Counted from the first letter of the stretch, positions 13,135 to 26,697 are shown. The stretch: DNA of 32,851 nucleotides from Octopus bimaculoides (GCF_001194135.2 NC_068994.1:5837309-5870159); one strand, 5' to 3'. Made by a program: numbers and translations. Notes: generated by a model not told the origin, from the sequence alone.

Positions 13135-14724
13135 GCTTCTTTCAATTTCCATCTAGCATATCCACTTCTATCTTCCAATTCTGTCTACCAAATCTGGAAT
13201 CATGTGGTTGGGAAGCAAGCTTCTTTCTGCATAGTCACACCTGCATCTATAATATATATCATATAATGGATTTCCAAGAAAGCTGGTGAAAAAGTTTACT
13301 ACAAACTCAATAAACAATATGTTGCAGACTTTTCTGTTAGTGATTTCCATTTCCTAGGTTAGTTGCCTTCACCATATCTTAGAGTCCAAGCCACCCTGGT
13401 AGGCTAAATGCATCCCTTGGCACCACACCAGAAATTTCTAAATCCTCACACACACACATGTATCAATCATGTAATTGGAAGGCTACGGGCCATCTCTTAA
13501 GTTCATCTGCCTTTTGACAGTTCAGCCCACAGGGTATCAAAAAAAAAATCGGTGTTTAAAGGTTTCTGTGAAAGCATTAAGATGTTTTTTAAAATTTACT
13601 TATGTCAACATAAACATAAAGCTTAACTTGAGATTTAAACTAATTTTTTCATTTCTTTAGGTTCCAGACTGTGATGAAAATTATGAAGAGTTTCCTTGCC
13701 TTACACAGGTAAATTGGTGTTCTTCTGTTCAATATATATTTCTTTAATGGCTGCCTTTTCTGAATAGATTTAGAAGATTCCTTCAGAAGTCTAACATTTT
13801 AAATAGAAATAAGCGAGATATTGGGTGAAAAATTAGCAAACCTCATTTGAATATCAGAGAAATATACCTAGTAGATATAGCAAAAAGGTTAGATATGTGT
13901 AAATATTGACAGATAATTACGAAATTTGTAATTTTTAAGTGATCTCATATGAGATCACTGGTAGGTAATGGGTTAAGCAAATGCTTGTCACCCCACACAC
14001 ACACACACACACACACACATATCATATCTAGGATCCTAATGAAAAAAGATCTATCATTCAATAATGTTCATAAATAATTAATTACTATCTCTAATTGCAA
14101 TACATTCCAAGTCTATTGCGCCGTTCACAACTATCAGCCAACTTTCATCTTTCGATTTTACTGTTTATTTCAGGATGATTTTATGGAAGAGAACTATGAA
14201 TGTTTTGATAATGATCTAGTGGTAAGTGATGCATTTAACATATTGGGGCTTGATGATTGGGGCTACTGTAGTGATTGATTGCTTAGTTATTAACACTTTT
14301 ACAGTCAGATTACTCAGTCACATGTAGCATTCATATATTCACATTCTTTTCAATTAATCACATATTATGTCAAACCATCCAATCCATGCCAGCATAAAAG
14401 GCAGACATATATATATATATATATATATATATANNNNNNNNNNNNNNNNNNNNNNNNNNNNNNNNNNNNNNNNNNNNNNNNNNNNNNNNNNNNNNNNNNN
14501 NNNNNNNNNNNNNNNNNNNNNNNNNNNNNNNNNNNNNNNNNNNNNNNNNNNNNNNNNNNNNNNNNNNNNNNNNNNNNNNNNNNNNNNNNNNNNNNNNNNN
14601 NNNNNNNNNNNNNNNNNNNNNNNNNNNNNNNNNNNNNNNNNNNNNNNNNNNNNNNNNNNNNNNNNNNNNNNNNNNNNNNNNNNNNNNNNNNNNNNNNNNN
14701 NNNNNNNNNNNNNNNNNNNNNNNN

Positions 14725-14755
<31 letters not shown>

Positions 14756-15136
14756 GGAAATAATTCAGGAAAAAATAATTTGCGAAGATATCATTATTCT
14801 TTTGTGAATTATTTGCTCCGGATTGAAATTATTCTCACACTGGTGGCTGCCATGATTCGGTGCAAAACAAATCAGATGCAGTGCAGACTTCAACAGGATG
14901 GGTTGGGCCTCTCCATCATGGTAATGCATGCTGAGGAAGGTGAGGCTATAATGCCAGTCCAGAAACCGGTCCACGAGTCCAAATACTTGAATGTATGCTG
15001 AAAGATTGTCTTAGCCCGTTTGCCTTCGGACGGTTGACCTCTGTAGTTATTATCAGTGTATTTTGGTGATTTAAATAAGAGGTTTGACTGTTATTTCTAG
15101 CAGGTAGACATACTTAGTATGTCCTTTGATTAATTT

Positions 15137-15172
<36 letters not shown>

Positions 15173-18100
15173 ATGTAAAAAGCACTAAGTCCGCTCTTTT
15201 AGTGGTTGGTATTAGGAAAGGTATCCAGTTGTAAAAACCCTGCCAAAACAGTCACAGGGGTCTGGTGCAGGCTTCTGCCTGACAAGCTTCTGTCAAACCA
15301 TCCCACCCATGCCAGCATGGAAGGCAGATGTTAAACAATGATGAATGTGATGATATATACATACACGACACGCTTCTTTCAGTTTCCCTCTACCAAATCC
15401 ACTCGCTAGGCTTTGATCAGCTCAAGGATATAGTAGAAGACATTTGCCCATGGTACCATGCAGTAGGACTGAACTTGGAGCCATGTGGTTGGGAAGCAAG
15501 CTTCTTACCACACAATCACGTCTGCGCCTGTGAACTTTATGAGTTTTTTTTTTTTTCTTTAATCTTGCCAGGACAATGATCCACCCTTGAAAATGAAGCC
15601 ACCCTTGCCAGACCGAAAATACGGCAAAGAAAAACCAAAAATCGATGTATGTGTAAACCTAAAGCTTTCTGGAATGCATTATCAATCTAATGTGTTTTTT
15701 ACCCCACAATCTACTTTAATCTCTTGGCTTTTTATTGATTTACAGTTGTTGTTGCTGTTTTCATTGTTGTATAAAACTTGGTCAGCCCTACCTAGGCAGT
15801 TTTTTCATCAGAAACATTCCATGTGTGTTCACTCTGTCTTTTACAGGAGTAGGGTTCTATGCCCAGGACTTTGTTACATAATGTGTAATAATGTAATTAT
15901 GATGTCTTGATAATCTATATACAGATATAGATAGAGATATTTATAGAGATATAGAATATGAGTGGTCCCGAGACCAATACCTCTACCACAATTTTTAAGA
16001 AATGTGATAGAAAACTAGCTCAGGGAGGCAGGGATGCTACTCTTTGAGAACCCTTTCAGAACCCCCGCCACCTAAATTTTTATATTGTATATATATATAT
16101 ATATATATANNNNNNNNNNNNNNNNNNNNNNNNNNNNNNNNNNNNNNNNNNNNNNNNNNNNNNNNNNNNNNNNNNNNNNNNNNNNNNNNNNNNNNNNNNN
16201 NNNNNNNNNNNNNNNNNNNNNNNNNNNNNNNNNNNNNNNNNNNNNNNNNNNNNNNNNNNNNNNNNNNNNNNNNNNNNNNNNNNNNNNNNNNNNNNNNNNN
16301 NNNNNNNNNNNNNNNNNNNNNNNNNNNNNNNNNNNNNNNNNNNNNNNNNNNNNNNNNNNNNNNNNNNNNNNNNNNNNNNNNNNNNNNNNNNNNNNNNNNN
16401 NNNNNNNNNNNNNNNNNNNNNNNNNNNNNNNNNNNNNNNNNNNNNNNNNNNNNNNNNNNNNNNNNNNNNNNNNNNNNNNNNNNNNNNNNNNNNNNNNNNN
16501 NNNNNNNNNNNNNNNNNNNNNNNNNNNNNNNNNNNNNNNNNNNNNNNNNNNNNNNNNNNNNNNNCTTCATGTTATTTCTTTCTTTTATTATTTTTTTCCT
16601 TTTGTTTATTAATTATTTTATTTCCCATGATACTTCAGTTGGCATTCCAGTAAAATAACTTTCATTGAGAAACATGTGTCTCCCTTTACAGCCAAGAAAA
16701 CCAGTCTTTACCCAGCGCAAACCCCTTCTCAATAGCTGTGTAGAAAGAGACACAATGGTATGAATAAAATTTCTCCTGAAAGTATTTGTATGGCCACTGT
16801 TGTGACGCCTGCTTTTGTTGTAGTTGTTAATGAACTGACAGAATAGTCTTACACCATAGTGATTTATAGTACATCTATGTTTGTTTATCACATCGGGGAA
16901 GAAGAAGAGGTTTTTAGACAGTGATAAATGATTCAGTGTTAAATGAATCACTGATAAGTGAATCATCTCCAAGCTCTTTGGAAATGGAATGAACGATAGA
17001 TTCATATCCGCTAAACTTGCAGCTCGCAGCAGTAAAGCTTCCACTATTAAATATTTTCTTAATCGTTTTTACCTTTTGTTTGGATCCAGGTGCCTTTGTA
17101 TATTTTTCTGCTCACTGGTCCCATGTTGATGGGTACCAATACATAATCCCATATAAAAATATATATATATATGACCTCACAGCAAGGTCATATAAACACA
17201 AGCAATAGTCAGTGCATTCTGGGTAGCTGAGCATTGAAGGGGATCACTGAAGTATGGTTCTGCAGCCCAAGCAGAATCTTAAACTGGTATTCTTATAGAT
17301 AACATCTTTCTAATATTATCATATATCAGTTTATGTTAAGTGTAACATTTATCTCAGCAGTGATGAATGAATCAGTGATAAACAAGGTTGCATGTATATT
17401 ATAGTATATTGCAGTTGAATACATTGTGTTGTAAAGTAGTCTAAGGAATTGATTTAAAATATGTTATACAGGGTGGGCCAAAAATCATGAAAAGGTATGA
17501 AATTTTGAGAAATTGTTTTAATCATTTTTTTTATTTATATGTGATTCCCCGCTTCCCATCCCTAACTTACATCTATTTCTCATATATAAATATATATATA
17601 TATATANNNNNNNNNNNNNNNNNNNNNNNNNNNNNNNNNNNNNNNNNNNNNNNNNNNNNNNNNNNNNNNNNNNNNNNNNNNNNNNNNNNNNNNNNNNNNN
17701 NNNNNNNNNNNNNNNNNNNNNNNNNNNNNNNNNNNNNNNNNNNNNNNNNNNNNNNNNNNNNNNNNNNNNNNNNNNNNNNNNNNNNNNNNNNNNNNNNNNN
17801 NNNNNNNNNNNNNNNNNNNNNNNNNNNNNNNNNNNNNNNNNNNNNNNNNNNNNNNNNNNNNNNNNNNNNNNNNNNNNNNNNNNNNNNNNNNNNNNNNNNN
17901 NNNNNNNNNNNNNNNNNNNNNNNNNNNNNNNNNNNNNNNNNNNNNNNNNNNNNNNNNNNNNNNNNNNNNNNNNNNNNNNNNNNNNNNNNNNNNNNNNNNN
18001 NNNNNNNNNNNNNNNNNNNNNNNNNNNNNNNNNNNNNNNNNNNNNNNNNNNNNNNNNNNNNNNNNNNNNNNNNNNNNNNNNNNNNNNNNNNNNNNNNNNN

Positions 18101-20965
18101 NNNNNNNNNNNNNNNNNNNNNNNNNNNNNNNNNNNNNNNNNNNNNNNNNNNNNNNNNNNNNNNNNNNNNNNNNNNNNNNNNNNNNNNNNNNNNNNNNNNN
18201 NNNNNNNNNNNNNNNNNNNNNNNNNNNNNNNNNNNNNNNNNNNNNNNNNNNNNNNNNNNNNNNNNNNNNNNNNNNNNNNNNNNNNNNNNNNNNNNNNNNN
18301 NNNNNNNNNNNNNNNNNNNNNNNNNNNNNNNNNNNNNNNNNNNNNNNNNNNNNNNNNNNNNNNNNNNNNNNNNNNNNNNNNNNNNATATATATATATATA
18401 TATATGATATTGGGGTTTTAAAAATATATTTAGAACCCAAAAATTAAGAACTTGTTAAATATTGAAACACCTTCATGAGTTTTGGCCCATCCTGTGTAGT
18501 ACAGTACTGAGTCAAAATTTTTGCCATATTTTTGTAATTTATTTGTTTTGTTTGTCAAGTCACAACAAAAGCAGCGTAAGCATTCAAAGTAGAAGTTGAG
18601 GCCATTGTGTTGCAACATCTGAAGACACCTTTCTACCAGTTCTTTGATCCCATACTGGTCCCAGTTTTTGTCCTTTGCGGTAATTTTGTTGTAATTTGAC
18701 AAAAAAGGCAAATAAGTTACCAAAATATTGCAAAACTTTTGACTCAACACAATACTATAATATCGTGTATTGTATTGTAACATGGTATAGTATAGCCTGA
18801 TGTACAATGTTGTAATGTCATGTAAAGCGGCATATTGTAGCATAGTGCTGTGTTTAATAGTGTATCATTGGTTATCATAGTATAAAGTATTGTAGTGCAT
18901 TGTTGCATATCACGATATAGTGTGCTGTAGTATAGTAAGATGTATTGTAGTATGGTGTATTATAGTGTATTTGTAGTGTAGTCTATTGTGATGTAATGTA
19001 TTGTATAGCAGTATGATGTTTGTATTGTTTATTGTAGTCAAAAAAACAAATTAATCCCTTTTCTGTGTAAGCCACAAAGCCAGAGGAGAAGATCTGTTTC
19101 AATACATGATGCTGTGTTACTGTTAAATGCAAAAAACACCTGTCTGTCCCCAACAGTGTCCAGAAGAGCCAACGTGGGAGCATGTACGCGGTCATCCAAC
19201 CTGGTAAAAGTAGCAGTCAAATCACTCTCAAGCCACATTCTACTAGCTTAGAAAATGAATGCTCACACACTGGGAAATTTAGATGAAGTGACATGATAAT
19301 TGAACAAAAATGAGACATAATGGTCACAGATGGAACGCCTTTGATTACAGGTTAAATAAATTAAAGCCAACCTGAAACCAGACAGTGACAGCTTCAGCAT
19401 CGCATGTGCTTCACAGCCATCCTAACCTACGTGAGGTAGTCATAGTCATGGAAGTTTAGTGCTGCAATCAAAATGAAATATCGGTCCCTTAAATTCCTTA
19501 TTTGAATCTTCAACTTACAGTGTTGGTGTCTCCTTTTAAAAGTCCAGTTTAACAATGTTTGCCTTTCAGCATTTCTACTCATCATCAGGAGTTTTACTTT
19601 AGAAAATATTCAGTTGTTAGATACATTTGTTACTTCTTTTTTTTTTTAATTTTTATCTCCATTTATTTTAATCCTTCATTTTCATGCATGAGTTGGACAG
19701 AGTTTATTGAAGCAGATTTTTCTATGGCCGGATGCCCTTCCTGCCACCAACCCTCAAGTGTTTTCAAGTAAAGCAATATTTCTACATGGTCGTAAATGTT
19801 CTCGCAAAATGAAGGAAATGATCAACACTGCTTGTATGACTGTGACAACCATTTTAACAAGTATCATGTGATATCAAGACCAGGAAACACACTCACACGC
19901 ACATATGTACGGATGTATGCATGTACGTATGTATGCATTCAATCAGCTGGCTTTTTTCAGTTTCTGTCCACCAAAAAATCCACTCACAAGGCTTTGGTCA
20001 GCCCAAAACTGTAGTAGACTACACTTGCCCAAGGTACCATGCAGTAGGACTGAACTTAGAGCCAAGTTCTTACCACACAACCATGTCTATGTGGATTATG
20101 TAAAACTTATTGAAATTATTCAAAATTCAAAAACGTTGTAGAGGAAGAATAGAACTACAAAAGCAAAAGGAGCATGAAACATTACAATTAAATTATTTTT
20201 ATGCTAATTAATAACATGCAGATGTGGCTGTATGGTAAGAACTTTGTTTCCAAACCACCTGGCTCTAGGTTCAGTTCTACTGCATGGTACCTTGGGCAAG
20301 TGTATTCTACTACAGTTTTGGGCTGACCAAAGCTTTGTGAGTGGATTTTTTGGTGGACAGAAACTGAAAGAAGCCAGTTGAATGAATGCATACATGCATA
20401 CAATACATCCATACATATGGGTTACAGTCTGGGGAGTTAGGTAACCAGATGTTAGGTGTGATGTAGTCACAGAAATTGTCTGACAGCCATGACTGGATTC
20501 TCCTGCTTGTGTGGCAGGGTGCAGAATCCTGTTGCCAGACATAGGGTCTTCCAGCAGCCACCCTTTTGACCCAGGGCAGCACTACCTCCTCCAAGCACTT
20601 GATGTAGGCCTCCATATTGAGTCTGAAGTTGTGTGGGAAGATGAATGCAGGCATAACATCGCCATCACTAGTGATCACTCCAAACACCATGATGTTGACT
20701 GGATGTTTGATGTTTATCACTCTCGGTACATGTTTTGGGGACACTGCAAGCCAATGGTTGCTCTGTGTGTTCACCATCTGATCCTGGCAGAAATTTTTCT
20801 TGTTTGAGGAAAACCAAAGCATGTTCAGTTGGAGGGGGTGCTTGAGTTTCTTCAAAAGCTTCGTAGCATGGTCTTTCCTCTTGTCCTTGATGCCTTGGGA
20901 TAAAAACTGTCCCTTTCTCATACATACATACATACGTACATACATATTTATGTATGTATGTATGT

Positions 20966-21001
<36 letters not shown>

Positions 21002-22245
21002 CTGCATATATGTATGGATGTGTGTGCATGTATATATGTATGTGTATGTATGTATGTTTGTATATTTTTATATATATGTATATATATATATATATATGTA
21101 TGTATGTGTATGTATGTATGTATGTGTGTATATATATATATATGTGTGTGTATGTGTTTGCATATATATATATATATGTTTGTATTTGCATATATATATA
21201 TGTGTGTGTATGTGTTTGCATATATATATATATATATGTTTGTATTTGCATATATATATATGTTTGTGTATGTGTGTGTATCCAGTTGAGTAAAAAGTAA
21301 GCAACGTTTTGAGCCATGAAGAATTTTTATCAGATTTTTGCAGAGCTTTGAATTTTTTTAACATTTTTTTGGAAAACCATCTGTCATTGATGATGGTCAA
21401 TTAAAGACTGTCATTGAGAAAGATCTTGAATGAAAATCAAAAGAGGGCCAATCAATCTTCATGACTCGACCACACGTTTCACTAATGACACTCCAGAAGA
21501 TGAGGGAACTTGGCTACGAAGTTCTTCCCCACCCAGCTTATTCCCCAAACCTTTCTCCTACCAACTATCACTTTTTCAAACACCTTGATGGTTTCCTGTG
21601 AGAGAAGAAGTTAAAAAATCAAACTGATGCTGAAAGTATGTTCAAAAAGTTCATCAGCTCCAGAACTCCAGATTTTTATGTTACCGGAATAAACAAACTT
21701 GTGACTTGTTGGCAAAAAGTTGTTGATTGTAATGGTACTTACTTTGATAAATAAAATTTCCGCAATGTTGAAATATATAGTGATGAATTTCATATTTCAA
21801 AACGTTGATTACTTTTTACTCAGCCTGCTATACGTGTGTGTGTGTGTGTGTGTGTGTGTGCATGTGTAGTGTGGGTGTGTGTATATATATATATATTCAT
21901 ATTCTTTTATTAGTTTCAGCCAGTGGAGCAAGTCCATCCAAGGGCACTGACATTAAGGGATTAGTTCATCATTTTAACTCAAGTATATATGTAAAAGTTT
22001 TCTTTAGTCTCCGTCTTTCGTTCTCTTGGTTTCTTTTTGCTAAACTGCTGGGCTACAGGAATAGATATCAATGCCAAATAAATCAACCTCAGGATTTTTA
22101 TTTTTAAGCTTTCTACTTACTCTGTGGGTTTTTTTCTCTTACAAAGTTTTAGGGATGTAAACACACCAACACCGGATGTCCAGTAGTAGTTGGGGACAAA
22201 CACAGATACAAAGACATACATGTATGCATGCACACATACACACAT

Positions 22246-22308
<63 letters not shown>

Positions 22309-23452
22309 AGAGGCTTCTTCAGTTTCCTTCTGCCAAATCCACTCACGAAGTTTCTGTATGATCGATGACACTTGCTCAAAGTGCCATGCAGTGGGACTGA
22401 ACTTGGAACCATGTAGTTGAGAAACAAACTTCTTACCAGACAGTCATACCACACATATTTATATAAAGAACATCATTTTAACAACTACTTTTCCGAGAAC
22501 CATCTTTCTACTTTAACACTCGCTTTACCATGGTTGGATGAAATTTGTTGAAGCAGATATTCTACAGCCAGATGCCTTTCCTGTCACCAAGTCTCACCTG
22601 TTTTCCAGTAAGTTAATACTTCCTCGTGACCAAACATATTTTCATGGAAGATTGGAAATGAAGGATACTGGTTGTATGACAGTGCAACTTGTTTACAACT
22701 ATTGCACTATCTCAAGCCAAGAAGACACTAGCACACAGACACTCACACATAGATATACATACATACATACATACATATATATGTAGTAGAGCTACATAAC
22801 TTAGACATATGTGACCGGTGGCACTATGGTCAACCAACACAAAAGATGAATATATTGACCATGTAGCTAACCTCGCTTTGATACGCTAACCTCGCTTTGA
22901 TACAGTAGCCTTGTTCTGATACACTAGCCTCATTCTGAACTACACAGTAGAAGCAATCTCAGTTCCTGCCAGGCCGTGGTCAAAGATACATGTCTTCACT
23001 GCAGCTCCATGCACTAACTCCCACATGTGTTACTCACATGTCTATTCACCTCAACATAAGATATATGGTTTGTAAACAAAGATAATTTGTTATCACACAC
23101 ACATTCTCAAAATGACTGTTCTCATCACACACATGCATACATACTGTAATACGAATACTATATGTTACTTCTTTCAGTGCAAAAGCAGAAATCAAAACTT
23201 TCTTTCTATGTAAACACACATGTTTTTATATCATACCACATGCTTCCACCACAAAAGGTGAACATAGAATAAACAATATATTTATATACAAACATGTTTC
23301 ATGGCGATTCATACGAAGTGTTTTTCCATTCAATAACATGCCCTTGAACAGCCAATAACAGTTGCTATGTATACATGCATACATACCAACCCATGCCAGC
23401 ATGGAAAACTGACATTAAAGAATGGTAATAGACACTCACACACGCACACACT

Positions 23453-23505
<53 letters not shown>

Positions 23506-26500
23506 CAAATCCATTCATGAGACTTTCATAGGCCTGTGGCTATAGTAAGAGACACTTGACCAAGGTGTACCACATTGTAGAATTGAACCCAAAACCATGT
23601 GGTTGAGAAGCAAGTTTCTTACCCACACAGTCATAACTACAAACACATACATACATATATATAAAGATTTTGCTTTGGCATTGCACTACTAATAAGTTGC
23701 TGTTTGAACTCAATACATATGTGCTTCAAGAATGAAAGCTTGGGTGAGTACAGAGCATAATAGGAAGTTAAATGAATGACAAGTGAACAGGAATTATGTA
23801 ATCAACTGCATTAGCTTACAGATGTTTCTGCTACAAGATGCAGTGCATTCAGAGCTGAGTGCTTGTGCATTATGTTATGGTTTCCTCTGAGGAAGCTGAT
23901 GAAGTCGGCTGCATATTTCCTGTCTCCTCGTCCTTCCTTTAATTTCTTATTTCTACTTGGATGTGTGAGTGTGTTTGTGTAACATTTAGCTTTTACTTGT
24001 TTCATTCATTGGACTGCAGCCATGCTGGGGCTCTGCCTTGAAGGGTTTTAGTCAAGCAAATCAACCACAGTGCTTATTTTTTTAAAACCTGGTACTTAAT
24101 CTATTGGTCTCTTTTGCTGAACTGCGAAGTTACTTGTGTTGACAAGCATTGGTGTGGGACAAAAATGCACACAACACATACATGCACACAGACATGCACA
24201 CACACACACAAGTAAACACACACACACATATATATATACATTTAGCTACCTATCTACCTATTTATATATATATAACTATATATATACCACTCCCTCTCTC
24301 ACCTGAAAGGTCTTTGTCTTGCAAGCTAGTTGGCAACTCCAAAGGTGCACCACATAAAAAGCTCCTATGTTGGTGCCACATAAAAAGCACCCAAAACACT
24401 CTGTTAGGTGGTTGAAGTTAGGAAGCTCATCCAACTATGGAGATCATGTCAGAACAGACAATTAAAGCCTGATGCAGTGCTCCAGCTGGTCAAATCTTTT
24501 CAAACCATCCAACCATGTCAGCATGGAAAACAGACGTTAAATGATGATATGTATGACTGGTTTCTTTCAAATTCAGTCAACCAAATCCACTTACAAGATT
24601 TTGGTTTGCTTGGTATTATAGTGGAGTACACTTGCCCAAGGTGACATCCAGCGGGACTGAACTCAGAACTATGTGATTGGGAAGAAAACTTCTTACCACA
24701 CAGCCACGCCTGCCCTTTTATTGCATATAATACTTACAAATGTATGTAATAGATCAATCACTGAGGTTAAATACTCAGGGACAGCATCTGCTTGAAAACA
24801 ACAGTTAAGTTACATTTAATGTAGTATTAAATATCTCATGAGAAGTATTTCAAAAATATTTATGCAATGAGGAAAAACAACATTAGCTAAAATAACATTA
24901 GTCAAACTTCACTTTGCCATTTACTCTCCTGGGATGATGGTGGCTGATAACACAAAAGTACCAGTCACACACTGGAGTCAGTTTAAATTCATCTTCATCA
25001 CAAAACAACTTACTCTACCATATAAACATTTAACATTATTTACAAATGCAAAACATTTTGTTTCCATTTTCACTGGTTACACAGGTTTCAATTTAATTAT
25101 CTAACTTATGCAATCACTAACTTCATTAAATAATTAATTACAGCTCAACTCATTTTAATTTTTTTCTAATATCATTTAGTTTATATTTTCCAGTTTCACT
25201 TGGTGACAATGCATGCAATCCTTCCCTGGGTGAATTATTGCAAGCACGCAATAAGCTAAAACCTACAGTCAACGAGAATAGGGTTTCTATTCCTACAGAG
25301 TCTGACCCCACCCGTAAGTGTATGTAATTTTGTTTCAGGTTCCACAAATGTTGATCATGCTATGATTGAATAGCTTAAGGTATTAATGACTGGATCATGA
25401 TGAAGAGATTCTAAGCAAAAGATTTCTCTTCCTGCTTCTTACTCTCTTTCATTTCCTGATTCTTCTGTCATATCAATTAATTAATTAATTTTATTTATTT
25501 ATTTTATAATGCAATTTGTGAATAAATGCATCATTGATTACAGCTTTCCAACATACCAGCCTCAGGTTCATCCATTCATATTTCTTCATCTTCATCCATC
25601 CATATTTCTTCATCTTCAGGGACCATTATTTATGCAAGCATCCTGGGAGCAAAACCCTCATATACACCCATCAAAACTTCCTGTCAAAAGCGACTATGAG
25701 CAGATGTTTTGGCTTGATCTCCCAAGCAACACCAACCATGGCTCTTGATATTACTCTACTATCTTGCTCCTAATCCTGATCTACCTGTCAGTCTCCTCAC
25801 AGTTGTTGTTTCCCATAAAATATTTTCCTGTGATTCTTCCCTCAGATATTCCGATCACGCACCCATACAAATGGAGCTGTGACTTCTTGTTGCTGAAGAG
25901 TTATGAGTCAACCTGGAGTGACTCCCTGATCTCCAAGCTACACACTATTTCAAATAATATCATTTCAGTGTCCCTTCAAAAGAACCCGTTTCAGTCACTT
26001 TTCTTCACCAGTTTATTGTTGTTAAATGCCATGCTCTCTCTGTTACAGAAAGAGGAGCTCCATGGAAACAATTGAAAGCTCTGAGTATATTTTTAACATT
26101 ATGATATGCCTGTTTCTCTTAAAATATTCATACCAACTGAGAACCCAGTCGATGGTATTAGAAATATCAATGAGAGACCTATATGTGAAAAAAAAAAAAA
26201 AAACCTGTAGATATTCTCATTAGTTTATTCAATACATCCTTATATATATTTCATTAATGAATAAATCTGTAGTGCCAGGATTACCTTACAATCGAATTAC
26301 GTCATCAACTCATCAGAGTTTATACAATGAACAAAATATTCATAGTAGTGAGATAGTGATATTGCTCCTGCAGAATGTAAAATTTTATAACTCAGGTCAG
26401 AAAATTTATTCAAATAGATTTACTGCTTGTCGAAGTGTCTGTAACTTATCATAATAGATCTATTGGGAATTCAATCAAGGAACCATGTTGCGTTCTATAT

Positions 26501-26697
26501 AATTCTCAGAGGGATTTACAAATATCAGCCATCAAGGCTCAATGACAAGGAAAGAAATAGAAACATACTCAAAATTTTCTTTTATTTCTAATGTCAAGAA
26601 AAAAAGGGAAAAATTCTAAAGAAACGAACTGCTTCAATGTTTTTCTTTTTACTTAACATTTACCCATACATACATACATATTTGTACATATAGACTG

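Noticed and set aside
15373-15523. tRNA gene
   Set aside because: A/B-box-like head is fused to a SINE body, has many diverged copies, and shows no intact cloverleaf.
16613-17044. 143-aa minus-strand ORF
   Set aside because: No recognisable domain; it overlaps a + strand exon, and antisense open frames are common.
20310-21317. 335-aa minus-strand ORF as an intact gene
   Set aside because: Chimera of microsatellite, a transposase fragment lacking two catalytic Asp, and a SINE arm.
25620-25748. Plus-strand GPLF...LPVKSDYEQMF as another Tyr-motif exon
   Set aside because: No convincing donor before the stop, and the region is the antisense of a decayed RTE LINE.
26374-26395. 22-nt phase 0-to-1 candidate exon NVKFYNS
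   Set aside because: It lies after the 25194 exon, which already joins 28214 in phase 1; it cannot fix the upstream mismatch unless that exon is skipped.
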